A stretch of DNA of 64,000 nucleotides, from the NCBI RefSeq assembly GCF_006345805.1, contig NC_043004.1, forward strand, positions 24,490,001 through 24,554,000. The letters are read 5' to 3'. Under the pieces are notes generated by a model. That model saw only the letters and a program-made list of their open reading frames with translations. It had not been told where the DNA came from and did not search any database. This document shows, one piece after another, positions 13,832 to 27,766 of this stretch. The DNA comes from Octopus sinensis. Taxonomy: Eukaryota. Position 1 is the first letter of the stretch, and every line of letters begins with the position of its first letter. Position numbers and translations under genes: made by a program.

Positions 13832-14182
13832 TCTATATATAAACGGCAGTTTGTCTGTGCGTGTTTCTGTGTGTCTGTTTGCTTGTACCCTCACCCTGAC
13901 CACGGCTTTCAACCGATTCTGATGAAACTTGACACACACATAGCGAAAATTTTGAAAAGTTCCCCCAGTTCTGAAAAAAATCGATAAATTCGACATGGGG
14001 TCGAGAATCAGAAACACGAACCACAAACTGTCTAGGGGACGCAACTCCACCTTTTTTAAATCTCAAAAAAAAATTTACCATCATTTTTTTCCATTTTTTG
14101 CTATTTTTTGGCTATAACTCTCTAAAAATGCTTTATAGTTATTTCCCTTACAAACCTGAGCAACGCCGGGCGATACTGCTAG
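13832..14182 (+). mobile_element. Non-autonomous Helitron
   Basis: Starts TCTATATATAAACGGCAG, has a GT-rich segment, ends gagcaacgccgggcgatactgCTAG; inserted between A and T with no TSD. Confidence 0.85.
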
Positions 14183-14398
14183 TACATACAAAATATGGGG
14201 TTTAGTTCACAGACGTTCTAAACGATTAAGTACTCTGGGTATGTGCTATAAGGGATTACCAGGGTTCTAGAGTTATAGCCGAGGCGGTAGTTATGGAGTA
14301 ATTGTAGATTTCCGATATAGCGGATATATAATTGTTAAAGAGGACAACAAACGTTAAGGCAAGATAAACCTCTCAAGTCATATACGTCACAACTTAAG

Positions 14399-14492
14399 AA
14401 CAAGAAGAAAAAGAAAAAGAAGAAGAAGAAGAAGAAGAAGAAGAAAAGAAGAAGAAGAAGAAGAAGAAGAAGAAGAAGAAGAAGAAGAAGAA
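14399..14492. repeat. (GAA)n purine tract
   Basis: Directly visible. Confidence 0.9.
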
Positions 14493-14756
14493 AATAAGAT
14501 TAATAGTAATTGGGAACAGTGGGGGAATTAAGTGTATCAAGAATAATCTAAAGGAAAATTTAGGAATGGTCAGTATTGCTATGTTTTCAATCAAAAGATG
14601 ACCTCTTGCGTGGTGAGTTCACCTATTCAGTTCTGACAAGTAGGATGGGGTATATATACGTGCACACACATAAACAAACACTAACATTCCTAACGGAATA
14701 CAACTAGACTATATATATATATATATGTGTATATATATATATGTATATATATATAT

Positions 14757-14804
<48 letters not shown>

Positions 14805-15047
14805 CATATATTATATATATCATATATATATACTATACATATATTATATATATTATATATATATACTATACATATATTATATATATTATAATATATACTA
14901 TATATATATATTATATATAATATATATTATATATAATATATTTATATTTATAATATATATATAAATATATTATATATGATATATATATATTATTATATAA
15001 AATATATATATATATACATATATTATATAAGATAGATAGATAGATAA

Positions 15048-15152
<105 letters not shown>

Positions 15153-15194
15153 TAACTTTACAGAAAACAAAAGACAAAGACGGATGAAAGAACA

Positions 15195-15300
15195 ACAAAC
15201 AGGTGTTTTAGTTTATTACTCGGGAAGAAAGGAAAAGTTTTCGACGTTTCGAGCTTTCCATCTTCGATAGGAAGTATTGAGAATGAAAAAAACGGAGAAT
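15195..15300 (-). mobile_element. Short dispersed repeat with decayed hammerhead-like motif (family H)
   Basis: Minus strand ...ctatcgaagatggaaagctcGAAACGTCgaaaa...cccgag...aaactaaaacacctgtttgttg; the tail resembles 19163-19290. Confidence 0.55.
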
Positions 15301-15767
15301 GACGAAACAAAATTTGTACAGAAAAACATAATGAAATGGATACATGTGTATATGTGTATATCCATCCATCCATAAATCCATACATACAAACAAACAAACA
15401 AACAAATGGTGGATTCTCCTGTGATACGCAGCAGATGAGAGTTCCGCAATTTCTAGTTGTACAGCCTTTGCAGTTGATCTGTTTATGATTGGGACCAGTT
15501 CACCAACTACCACTGTTTCACCTTCATTGTTGGTTGACCGGCCATCTTGTGTTTTTACCTTACCTGTTTATATGTTTAAAATTTACCTAACCAGGGCAGG
15601 TTTTTGATGTCATGTAATCTAACATTGCATCAATAAAATGCTGCCGAAGCAACTGTTGTGGGTTTTGAACCATACATGTGTTCTTTCTTTACATATATGC
15701 CACACGTAGAACCAGCCCTGGGCTGGATCTACGGTTCATACTGGATTTGTTACCTATGTATATATAT

Positions 15768-15816
<49 letters not shown>

Positions 15817-16511
15817 TATATTTATATATGCATATATTTATATATGCATATATTTATATATGTATCTGTCTACACGTGTACATTTATATATGCCGATAGA
15901 TGTATGTATATGTATATACATACTTACGGTATACTGTCATCAACCGACAACTAATGAGTTGATTTAACTTATTGTGGACTCCATACTAAGTAACTTGCGA
16001 TTCATTGCGTCCTACATGTGGATACACCTAAATTATAGTGAATACTATAACTGATTATACAATAACTGAGTGTGTGTATGCGTGTGAGTGTGTGTGTGTG
16101 GTCCAGTTTAGTCAGGTAGATGCAACTGTAATTGTATGGTCAATGATTTCGTTTCTCAGTTTCTGTGAGAATTTGAAGGATTATGTAAAACTTTCAGTTT
16201 GACTGTTGAGTTGCGTTGATTCCCTCCATATCAATAAAACTGGGTTGACATAAAGTATGTGGGGGGTGTTGGATGGTTTAATCTTCTATATACATCAACA
16301 TTGCCCTCCAATTTTTAACATCCCTTGCAAAAGAGTCCACTGTATTAGAGGAATTTGAAACAATTTTGGGGGGCCAGAATACATCATAAATAGTTGTTCC
16401 TCTATCGCTTTCATCCGCACCCTTCATGGAGATACTTTTAAGTCATGGAGTCTACTCCACTACTTCCACAAAACAGTTCAAAAGAATTCAATTAAGGTAT
16501 AATTTTAAATA

Positions 16512-16605
16512 ACTTACCTGTAGTTAATAAAGACACTCATTTGAAGCAATTAAGATAGTTTCTTCGACAGAAGCAAAAACTTACCTGAAAAGAAAAAGAA
16601 GAAAT
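16512..16605 (-). other. Tandem CAG|GTAAGT splice motifs 67 nt apart (candidate recursive splice site / RS-exon)
   Basis: Minus strand: ttatttcttctttttctttt-CAG(16587-16585)-GTAAGT(16584-16579)...ctaCAG(16520-16518)-GTAAGT(16517-16512). The 67-nt segment has stops in all three frames. Confidence 0.4.
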
Positions 16606-18390
16606 AACAAATATAGAATCCATATTATATAAAATAGATTTAGTATAATGACTTAATCTAAATAAATTAACCGACTAAAATTCTATTTTAAATATTTAAA
16701 ATATTAACGACAATTGACAATTAATTAATAATATTTTAATTATAGAGGGTGATGAAGTGGCAGATTCTCTAGGTGACGGACAAAGTATCTAGCGGTATTT
16801 AGTTCATGATATTTATTTTCTGAGTTCAAGTAAGCTCCATCTTCCATCTCCAAGGAAAAGTTCGCCGTTCATCCCTCTGGTTCGATAAATTAAATTTCCT
16901 GTCAAGGAATAGTCTCTGTTTAATAAGTAAGCTCTTCCTTTGATATTACTGAATCTCATTGAAAATACAATACAATCGATGTCTGACAAGGATCTTGAGG
17001 AGTGCGAGTAACCAGTTCCAGCGTGAACTATGCAACTCTCAGTCGAGAGAGCCTTTAGATAACCAGCTCTGACATTCAAGAACTAGAACAGTATCTTCCC
17101 CCAAAACTATTTACATTTGGTCCCTAATAATAAATTAACTTATACATATACATGTCTCGAAAAATGGGTGACATTTGGTGCGGAGGAATATTTTTCCCTG
17201 ATTCTTCTGACAGAAAAGGTAAAACTTTTCTGATGAACCTTAATTTTCGCAAAAATTGTTCACTCAATCAGATAGCTGTTACTGTATCCACATCTGTAAT
17301 TGCTGCATATTTTCCCACAGATAACAAGTTTTCTCATTCTTTTAAAGATGCCGCACAAACATGCACACAATAACAGTGATGTGTGCAATAGTGGCAGAGA
17401 TTCTGAAGCAAGAAAAGCTGAAAATATGAAATTAAATCCCAACGTAATATAAACTTCCAACATGAGTTTTTGATTGCATCTTTGGTCAAGATCTATCTCA
17501 AAGGTAACACTAACGTTATGGTTGGAGTCATGGGCTGATAATTTAAGGTTAATTACGGCCGTCGTCTTAAAGGGTAAGTCAGCAAATGAGTTGAGAATAT
17601 GTCTCAAAGAAACAAATTTGGAAATTAGAAGAAATTGTTCATCTTCCTTTCCACACGAGATTTTTGCTTAATATGGAAGTTTCAACAACCCAATCTGCAA
17701 AACATTTACTTCAGCTTAAGGTAATTATCAGCAACCAGTAGGGACAGATTGGAATTGTCAAAAATTAAGAACATGGCGGAACAATCATCAACACATTTCG
17801 AGGAGTGGAAGCGAAAATCTATTCTGTCTCACGTAATTATAGAAACCTTGTATGGATTTCTGAATGCATCGTCCTAACTCTCAGAAGTGATATGGTGCAG
17901 GGTATTAATGCCATTTTAATTCAATAGTAAACAGCCTGATCGTTTTCTCCTCACAATCTGCAACATAATAGTCAGAGCACCCATTATGTTGCTACGTGCT
18001 CCAAAACTGTACAAAACTGTAAAAGATAGCTGTCTAAACACATGTGCATCATATGACAGAGGCCACCAAGATAACTAGTGGTTCCAAGGGATATTATTTT
18101 ATTCCACATATACCCCTCACCTCGACAGATATGCCATTTTAGTCCCAGAATAGCGAGTTTCTACTGACGCAGACTTTTTCTTTGATCATCACTGAATCTC
18201 TGAGACAATCTCTCAGAGTTTCTAGAGTTGAACTGACACTCACGTGTTACTTTCATGCTCAGCTTTATGTTGCATGCTCACGTATTGGAAGCAGACATCT
18301 TTCATCAGAGCACAAAACGGCAAAACAGGCTATTTTGTCCATTCCAGAGTTCTTGATATATATATATATTATATTATATATATATATAAT

Positions 18391-18442
<52 letters not shown>

Positions 18443-18604
18443 CGTGTATGTACGTATGTAATGCATGTATATACATATAGACATATATACACATATGTAT
18501 ATATACATATATATGTATATACACATATATATATGTATGTATGTATATACATATACATATACATATATACATATATATATATATATATGTGTGTGTATAT
18601 ATAT

Positions 18605-18794
18605 ATAGAATGGTTGTTTACTGTCAATCTAACACGAACGTGACAGTAGGGGGGTACACCACCGCTGTATAGCCCTAGGAAGCATCGACGCCTCCTGATG
18701 GCTTTGACACATTTTTCCCTGTGTCGTTATATACATTTACATAATGTATATAAGGACACGTTCGTGTAAGATTAACAGTATACAACCATTCTAT
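18605..18794. repeat. Small inverted-repeat element (38-bp arms)
   Basis: 18605-18642 vs 18757-18794 are reverse complements with 3 mismatches; the left end is in (TA)n. Confidence 0.85.
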
Positions 18795-18860
18795 CGCCCC
18801 ACCACCGTACATGTCTCTACGAGAGATTTAGAAATTTAGTATTTCTTATTATATATATAT

Positions 18861-18923
<63 letters not shown>

Positions 18924-19038
18924 ATATATATATATATGTATGTATGTATGAATGTATATACATATACATATGCATATACATATATATATATATATTATAT
19001 ATATATATATATATATACATATATATACACACACACGC

Positions 19039-19082
<44 letters not shown>

Positions 19083-19162
19083 TATATATATATATATATA
19101 TCTATATATATACGTATATATACAAGTGTTTTATTCTCTCTGTTTATTTTCTCTTAATCCTA

Positions 19163-19290
19163 TCTTTTGAAGAGCGTAGGTTCGAAACGTAAAAGACTTT
19201 CTCACATTCCCGAGCGTCAAACTAATACACCTGCTTGTTGTACATACACCTGTCTGCGTCTTTTGTTTCTTTGTAAATTTCAACTATATG
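19163..19290 (+). mobile_element. Family H short repeat with hammerhead-like head
   Basis: tcttttgaagagcgtaggttcGAAACGTAaaaga followed by the cccgagcgtcaaactaatacacctgcttgttg tail; the core is degenerate. Confidence 0.55.
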
Positions 19291-19309
19291 CATATATCTT
19301 TTCTTCTAC

Positions 19310-20141
19310 TGGTTTCAGCCCAGGGCTGAGGTCATGCTGGTGCAACACCTGTATTTGTTTCCAGTATTGTTTTTGGTGAAGTAACGAGTTAGACAGAGCA
19401 GCTCTTCTCTGCATCTCTTGCCGCGATGTGGGTTCATCTGTTATTTCAGACAGAAACCTGTGCAGCCGTTCCGTGAAAACTTCCACATCAATACCATATA
19501 GATCTCTAAGGTTGCCTGGAAGGATGTTGAACAATTGCGGGTCCTTTAAACACAGACTATTGCAGTACTGTGTCCTTATTTTAGATCACGAAGACGGGAT
19601 CTTTGGTGTGCCGTCCAGTTCGGGGACTGGTATAGCTGTCAATTCCAAAATTGGGAGCAAAACCCTCCAAGATCTTCCATATATTTATCTCTTTCGTCTT
19701 CTCTCCAGGGAACAGAGACTCAGCTCCTTTAGCCTCCCCCAGTAGCCCATCATTTGCATCGAGTCAATCTTCTTTGTATATGCGCGCTGGATTGTTTCGA
19801 GTTCCACAGTTTGTTTCACACTCTCTGGAGACCATAGTTGGGGGCAGTAGTCCAAGTGGCAGGGAACGAAAGTCTTCCATAGGAGTAGCAGAGCCTCCCC
19901 TTTTCCTGGTTCTGAATATTATCAGAATCCATGCAACCACTCGCCAGCACAGTGTTGCTCTCTTGGTAATATGCACATGAAATTCTGCATCATTGCTCAT
20001 GTGAAGCCCCCGGTCACGCACCGAACCTGGCTTTGGCATCATATCTCCTGGTCCAGTGTATTCTGGTTTCAACCTGGTGTTGGGCTGATAATGGAAGGCC
20101 TGAAATTTCATAGCATTCAACTGCATGTTATTTACACGCAC
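19310..20141 (-). mobile_element. CR1/L2-group LINE 3' fragment
   Basis: NNMQLNAMKFQAFHY...VRDRGLHMSNDAEFHVHI...WILIIFRTR...MFNILPGNLRDLYGIDVEVFTERLHRFLSEITDEP...AALSNSLLHQ; frameshifted. Confidence 0.85.
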
Positions 20142-20333
20142 TCACACACACAAACACACATACACATATATATGCAAATATGTGCAAGAGTGTGTTTGTA
20201 TATAATCCACAAATACAAAGGATAATGCAAACACATAAACACACTAATAGACATAGACATCCTTCTCTTTCTCGCCATATGTATGCTATATATATACGAT
20301 GCTATGTATTACATGCATGTACATATATATATA

Positions 20334-20380
<47 letters not shown>

Positions 20381-21236
20381 TATATATGTATGTATATATA
20401 TATATATAATATATTATATATAATATATATATATATATATAATATATATAAGCACGATGCTATATATATGAATGTATCTATGTATGCACGCATCTGTGCA
20501 TGTATATGCATGTGTATATATTCATATATACACATCTAAATATATGTATGTGTGTGTGTATGTGTGTGTATACAAATAACGTGCATATATATATATATAT
20601 ATATATTATATTATATATATATATATATATATTACATGATTGTGTATGAATGTAATATATGTAGCGAAATGTAGTGGCTGGGAGAAAACACGAGAATACA
20701 AGCAAATAAAGACACATAAATGAAACTAAGGTTAATGACAAAAAAAAAAAACTGGAAACTAATATCCACAGAACAATTGTTGAGAGTCAAAAGACACTAC
20801 ATTGACATTTCAACCTTCTTAAAGCATTAAAATGTATATAGCAAAATACAAACAAGAAAAGTGAGCAGGAACGATAGAATTATATTCGAGAGCATGATTT
20901 TCTATTACAGAAAGTTTATTTATATAATCTCTTCTTAGACTCTTTTCTGATTTAATTGAAATTTACTGAGTATATATATTGAAGAATCTTAATCGAATTT
21001 TATCGGAGTTTGTTAGTAAGCTATATTATAAGTTTACGCTCTCTTAAAAACTTTTGATGGGGTTTATTTTCTGAAATGTACTTCTTCAATTAATATCTTT
21101 AATAACAAAATACAATGAACGGCGCATTTTGTTAGCATTTAATTTTCCTCGATTATTAGAAAATGGTATGGATGCATGTACGTGTGCGTGTTTCTATGTA
21201 TCACTCTCTCTATATAGGTGTGTATGTATACATATA

Positions 21237-21298
<62 letters not shown>

Positions 21299-21313
21299 GT
21301 ATATATATATATC

Positions 21314-21349
<36 letters not shown>

Positions 21350-21427
21350 CATAATATGTGTATGTGTGTGTTCATATGTATACCACACGCATATATTATA
21401 TATCAAGTATAATATATATATATATAT

Positions 21428-21461
<34 letters not shown>

Positions 21462-22944
21462 ATATATATATATATATACATAAATGTGTACATGTATGTT
21501 TGCATATTTCTTTGTATATAAAACGTGTTGGTGCATAATTCACAATTATACGATATAGTCCCGTCTAGAGTCGGACACATACACGTGCGTAGATATTTAC
21601 GTGTCTGTGTTTATAAGTCTGAGTGTATATGTGAATGTATGCGTGATTGTGTTTGTGCATGTGTTTGTATACGTATATACAAACATATATATATATATAT
21701 ATAAATTTATAGAAATATGCAGACTAAAAATGTATACCAAAAATGTTGGTAAGTGTTCATTACGCATACATACAGTGATGTACTCATACGCAGTCACGTG
21801 TATATCTTGTGGTTACTTGTTAGTGAGGAACGCAATTTTTGACTTTACATGACCATCTGGGTTAAGAAATCAAATAGAAGGTCAGTTGTTCGTTGTCTGA
21901 AAGGAAATTGTGAGTTCGGCAAATTTTTTAACCTAGCGTATATTTGGTGGACCACCATATGAATGTGTAGGAAGAGAGAGAAGAATTTGGATTGAGTGTG
22001 CGTATGTGGATATGGATGAGCAAAAGCGAGTTGTGTGTATATGTGTATGTTTATGTGTATTTTGTATGTGTGTTGTGTGTATGTCTACGTCTATGTTGTG
22101 CATGTATGCGTGTTCGTATGTCTAGTCTACGTAGACCACCTCTTAGTTTTCCCAGGTCTGCTGTGACCCAGAGTAGCAGCACTTGTCAAGGTCCCAAATA
22201 TGAATTAATTAGTATAACATGGCTTGCCTACCTTATACACGTGAAGATTGAATATGGCAGACTTTCAGGACGAAACCTTGATGAGGGGAAAATAACAGCA
22301 GCAATGCATTGTAGGGAGCACAGTATAAAGCGAGGTAAAGTAAGACATTTTGGCCATACACTGCATCTAGATTGAAGATAGTCACGGAGGCAAGTCATGA
22401 GTCTTCCTTAAAGAGGACTAGATAATCCTCCTCGCTTCGATGGACGGACATGCGTCTACATACGAACAGTAGCTAGTTTAAGGTTGCAGAAAAGATCATA
22501 TAGTTGTAGCAAGAGGAAAACGCATAGCCAGGATAATAAGATGTATATAAGTGTATTGGTAACTGTGTCGTTGGGGTATCTGAGTATCAAACGCGGGTTC
22601 GGATATAGATGTGAGGTCTATATGGGCATTTATATCAGTAACTGAAATAGGGTACAAAACAGATAAAAATATACTGAGATAGATAGATGGACGGATATAT
22701 GTATGTGTGCATGCATGCATGCATGTATGTATGTATGTATGTATGTATGTATGTATGTATGTATGTATGTATGTATGCATGCATGTATGCATGTATGTAT
22801 GTATGTATGTATGTATGTATTTATGTATGTATGTGAGCGTGTTATATCGCAGTGTGTGATAATTTGTACCTTTAAATTACAGGTACAACCCAGCCGGCAA
22901 GTTTGATACAGTTTCCATCTACTCAATATCACTTTCAAAATGTG

Positions 22945-23045
22945 GGTTGGTCTGAGGCTGTATTAAATAGATTCTGCCCAAGATGCCATGCTGTAGGATC
23001 GACCCCAGCACCTCGTAGTTGCAAAGCAATCTTCTAAACCATTCT
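22945..23045 (-). mobile_element. Diverged tRNA-headed SINE (family C)
   Basis: Reverse complement resembles the family C head seen at 60931-61170. Confidence 0.55.
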
Positions 23046-23874
23046 GTAATACTGCGCTGTGGTTATATTAATGACAAGTTTGCAATATAATTCTGTATAA
23101 CTATAAAAGAGGAATTATTGACCGTTCTTTTAATATCTATCAATATATAACTCTATATCCTCTGTCACATTCCCATGTCATATTGTCTTTATCGATGGCC
23201 ATACTTCATTGTTAAAGCAGCTAAAGCGGAATTTGCTTAGTGAATCATCAGGGTTTTATCATACAAAAAGAAATATTTTGAATGACTGCAAGTAGCTGTC
23301 ACTGTCACTACATTTAATGTCTTTCTCACTTATTCCTCGTTATGATATATAATGGTTTTCACCATAACATGCTGTTCCAAGCTCATGGAACCTAAATAAG
23401 AATATAATTCTTCAAAATCACATAATCATTACTAAATACGTCGCCAAGCTTAACTGCAGTTTGCCTTCACCACAGCCCCCATGGTATAGAATAATAAAAC
23501 TTTAAGTTGATCGAACAGTCTCGGGAGCCACACAAAAAGGCAAAGGAAATGGCTGCTCCATTTGTGACGATGTAAAATAATAAAATAAAATCAGCGGAGA
23601 ATGGTTAATACACATCATTCATCGAATTCCTCTCCGAAGCCTTTCCTATTTTTCTTTCATATACTCTAATCAAGACGCCTCATCTATGAGAACAAATTAA
23701 AAGATGTCTCAATTGGAATTAATAATAACTGACATTAAGTTATTGGCAAGAATATTCGTTTATCGCTCACAATTAGTTGTTGATCTCTGAGGTGAAGATA
23801 TTTCACGTGCAGATGGTGACGACGATGACGATAATAACAATAACAACAATAATAGCGATAATAATAATTATAAT

Positions 23875-24040
23875 CTTTTCTAATATAGGCACAAGGCCTG
23901 AAATTTTGCGCGAGTGGGTTAGTCGATTACATCGACCCCAGTGCTTAGTTCTTGCTTATTTTATCGATCCCAAAATGATTAAAAGCAAAGTCGACCTCGG
24001 CGAAATTTGAACTCAGAAGATAAAGACGAACGAAATGTCC
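23875..24040 (-). mobile_element. SINE family B copy
   Basis: Contains aaagcaaagtcgacctcggcgaaatttgaactcagaa. Confidence 0.8.
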
Positions 24041-24241
24041 GCCGTTTTCGATGAAAATAGGTGTGTTTAGCATCCAAACGGGGACCTTTTTTTTTTCAAC
24101 AAAAACTAGTTCTCCAGAAAGGCAGCTACCTTGTAACACAAATTAAACAATAAGATAAAAGTTCAACTACTTGTGACAACAAAAACTCAGACAATTTCGG
24201 GAGCTCAAAACGTATGACTTACTACGATAGTGTGAACATCA

Positions 24242-24304
<63 letters not shown>

Positions 24305-24306
<2 letters not shown>

Positions 24307-24487
24307 GGTTTCAAATCTTGCCAAAAGGGCAGCCATTTTTTAGGGGATGGCGGAAGTCGATTACATCGACCTCAGTGGGCAACTGTTACTTAATTTATCG
24401 ACCCCGAAAGGATGAAAGGCAAAGTGACCTCGGCGGAATTTAAACTCAGAACGTTGCGACGTTCTAACGATTTTGCCAGCTCACCAT
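24305..24487 (-). mobile_element. SINE family B copy between (AAT)n tracts
   Basis: Contains gaaaggatgaaaggcaaagtgacctcggcggaatttaaactcagaacg. Confidence 0.8.
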
Positions 24488-24510
24488 ATAATAATAATAA
24501 TAATAATAAG

Positions 24511-24805
24511 GTAGAGGTAACTAGAATGTGGAATCTAAAAACAGAAACAATTCCCATCATAGTAGGTGCATTAGGCATGATAAAAAAATATTCAGACAAA
24601 TACATATCAAAAACACCAGGACTTACAAACACATATAACATACAGAAAATAGCACTACTAGGCACTGCACACATCCAACGCAAAACACTTTCAATACAGT
24701 AACCATAAGAGCATCACAACAAATCACAGCACATACCCAAGGCACACAGATCTGCGCTCGGTAGTGAAGTGAAAGCACACTATAAAAATAAAACTACTGC
24801 ATGAT
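24511..24805 (+). mobile_element. R4/Dong-type (restriction-like endonuclease) LINE 3' end
   Basis: EVTRMWNLKTETIPIIVGALGMIKK...IQKIALLGTAHIQRKTLSIQ* then 3' UTR; flanked on both sides by (AAT)n. Confidence 0.85.
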
Positions 24806-24978
24806 AATAACAATAATAATAACGTAATATAAAATGTCTAATACTTTGGTTCTTGAATTTGACCCACGCTGGATGTGTTTATGTATACACATATGTATTT
24901 ATATTTATGTGCTTATATTTGTATGTGTTTATATTTATAGACATGAAGGCCAAAGGAGCGCAACTGAGGCAAGGTGGG

Positions 24979-25066
<88 letters not shown>

Positions 25067-26374
25067 CAAATAAAAGATACAAATCATATATATATACTTA
25101 TATATATATATATAAATATATATATATATGTGTGTGTGTGTGTATATGTGTGTATTCAAATGCACACACACACTCACAAACACACACACACACAGTAAGT
25201 CTGTATGGCTGTTTCAAACTAAGACTATACCAAAAACTTGTTTTCTGGAGTGTATTTAGATTTGAAACCAGAGGATTATGTAATATATAGCGAGAAGGAG
25301 GTTACATATGTATGGGCTAGATCGAAAGAGTATGACTGGGAGGAGTAAAGAAGATCAGAAAGGCAGACATACAGACAGACATATTGTTGTTTCAATTTAG
25401 TTTAGTTCTTAGTAGTTTATATGTTTTGTGAAAATTTCTATAATTTCCTTTCAACAATTTTAGATGCCAAATTACTAGGAAATTCTGAACAATAAACTAA
25501 ATGGCTTTAAGCTAGATTATAGTTAAATCGATAAAGTTCATATTGAGAAATCTCGTTTGTGTATTGAATAAAAAAAAAAAAACCAATTCCACAGAATCTA
25601 TGATTTCATTCACATTCAATATTTTCGTATTTATATGTTGTCTTTTGACAGCTAATATCAGTTCCTTTATTTGTTTAACTATTCTTTCCTTTTTTTTCTT
25701 TAATCTGCCGCTCTATCTACTTATCTGTTGCTGAGTTTATAAAAGTTATTATTATCAATCGTTATTTCCGCTTACTTCACTGTAGGAAACATAAAGCATA
25801 TTCTCCCAGTATATTATTATTATTGAGAATATTTGTGATTGCTTTTTCACTGCAGGAGAAAGTTCATGCCTATTTTGGACTACCATATCCGAGGTAGATT
25901 AACTGCAGTAGCAATGAAAGGTGCACTACCTACCCCGATGAGGCACTACATAGGTGTTAGAGCATCGAGATCATGACTTATTCACAAAAATCAATATCGA
26001 AGATTTGCATCGCTTCCAATGGTCACAGAGTGTGCTTCTCCAACATTTCCGATATTTCTGTCTCCGAGTTCATATTACGAGACAAGGATTGACTCTACAC
26101 TAGGTACATTCGATCTTTTGACAGCTCATGTTTGTTCTCTGGTCTATCTTGCAACCCTCTTCACCAGATTAAACGTTGATTAAGTTATCGATAAACCAAC
26201 AAGGCGGTACTGGTTTACGGTCCCCTGTAACACTCACAATCGAATAACCTCGAATGTGACATAATATTTAAACTACATACATACATACATACATACATAC
26301 ATACAGAGACTCCAAATGCCGCACATATACATACATGTAAAATCACCCTGTGGATATTGAAAATCTAATGAAGT

Positions 26375-26920
26375 GGCCTTAGATCTAGGTTAGAAACAGG
26401 CTCTTCTATTAGCAAGAAATTTTGAAATAAAACTGAATAACACACCGACAGTCAGACAGATAGACCTATACAGACACTGACACCAAATACTTGCACACGT
26501 ACACAAAAGCATGTACCAAGAGAGTGTTGATATGTCGACAACCCAATGAAAGAAACTTGGATCTAGGTTACAAACTGGGTTTTTTTCTCCAATGGCATGA
26601 AATCTAAAAATAAGACTAACATACATACATACATACATACATACATACATACATACATGATAGCTATTATTATTGGAGCAGCAAGATACATACCAACTTA
26701 GTCTAGATCAAAGTGTGGGTGAACTTGAGATTTTGGGGAGAGAATGCAAGTCCTTAATTCATATGCTACAAATGATCACGATATCTGGAACTATAAAAAT
26801 CTTCAAGACCTTCTTAAAATTTAAAAGATGTTCGTTAAATCAAGATACTTTCCTTAACAACCTTGCTACGAAGTAGATAGCCGGTCAAAATTACCTCTGA
26901 ATTAAAAACATGCAGGCAAT
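26375..26920 (+). mobile_element. Fragments of a second R4-like LINE (two 3' UTR pieces plus C-terminal coding relic) in (CATA)n
   Basis: gatctaggttagaaac...ttgaaataaaactgaat tails match 46575-46680. ORF relic CKSLIHMLQMITISGTIKIFKTFLKF parallels ...KLQIQSITRTIKICKTFQKF at 46.3 kb. Confidence 0.7.
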
Positions 26921-26971
26921 ACATACATACATACATACATACATACATACATACATACATACATACATACA

Positions 26972-27002
<31 letters not shown>

Positions 27003-27242
27003 GTATTTACTTGCAGGGTCTGAAAGAAAGTATGGTGGTCATGGCCTTCACAGGCCGTCCTAGACCGGTTTCATTGATGTTAATAACGTTCCGCTTGAAA
27101 CTTTCAAAATCAACTGCTGACGCAAAGACTTGCATGGGGAAGAATTTCTAGACAGCCAACTTTCTTGGAAGACGGACTAGGCTTAGTCATTAGTGCAAAG
27201 CGTGTGGAACTGAACATATACTTACATGTATACGTATGTATA

Positions 27243-27766
27243 CCGCGAATCCTCGAGTATAGTCCACCCTTGAGTATAATACGCAGGGAATTTTTAGGGG
27301 GCTGTACTTCTGAAAAACCTAAACCTTGTGTATAATACGGACCCCTTCTCTGTCTTGAGTCGTGCGTAATTAAGCCAGCAGCACCTAGTCGAACAAACAC
27401 TTCCACGCATGCGTAATACTATAATGGTGTTGTTCTTAACTGTTATATGGGAATGTAAATATGTTTGCAAATTGTTTTTGTTACATGTTATTCTGTGTTC
27501 TGAGTACTTTTATTTTAATAAATGTTGCTTACTGCAAGTTATGGAAGATTCTTTTATGACTTCATTGCTTTCAGGCATAGTTTCAGATATTTTCCTGCCC
27601 AACATCACAAAATGCGTCTGAATAAACATTGCCAGACAGCAAATAGAGACTCGGACATTGCTTAGAAAATATTTTTTTCATTCTTAACCTCTTATATAGT
27701 ACGCACTAGGAATTTTGACCTTTAAATTTGGGGGGGAAAATGCGGATTATACTCGAGGATTTACGG
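27243..27766. mobile_element. pogo/Tigger-like non-autonomous DNA transposon
   Basis: About 23-bp TIRs ccgcgaatcctcgagtatagtcc / ggattatactcgaggatttacgg; TA on the left, CA (mutated TA) on the right. Confidence 0.8.

Noticed and set aside
16140-18200. Possible very old LTR-retrotransposon pol on the minus strand (e.g. DYSLTGNLIYR, AIEEQLFMMYSG)
   Set aside because: Only vague resemblance, with no intact RT, RNase H or integrase motif. A translated search against Gypsy profiles would be needed.
25840-26260. Possible exon after ttttcactgcag
   Set aside because: Frames close quickly, with no recognisable product or matching donor.
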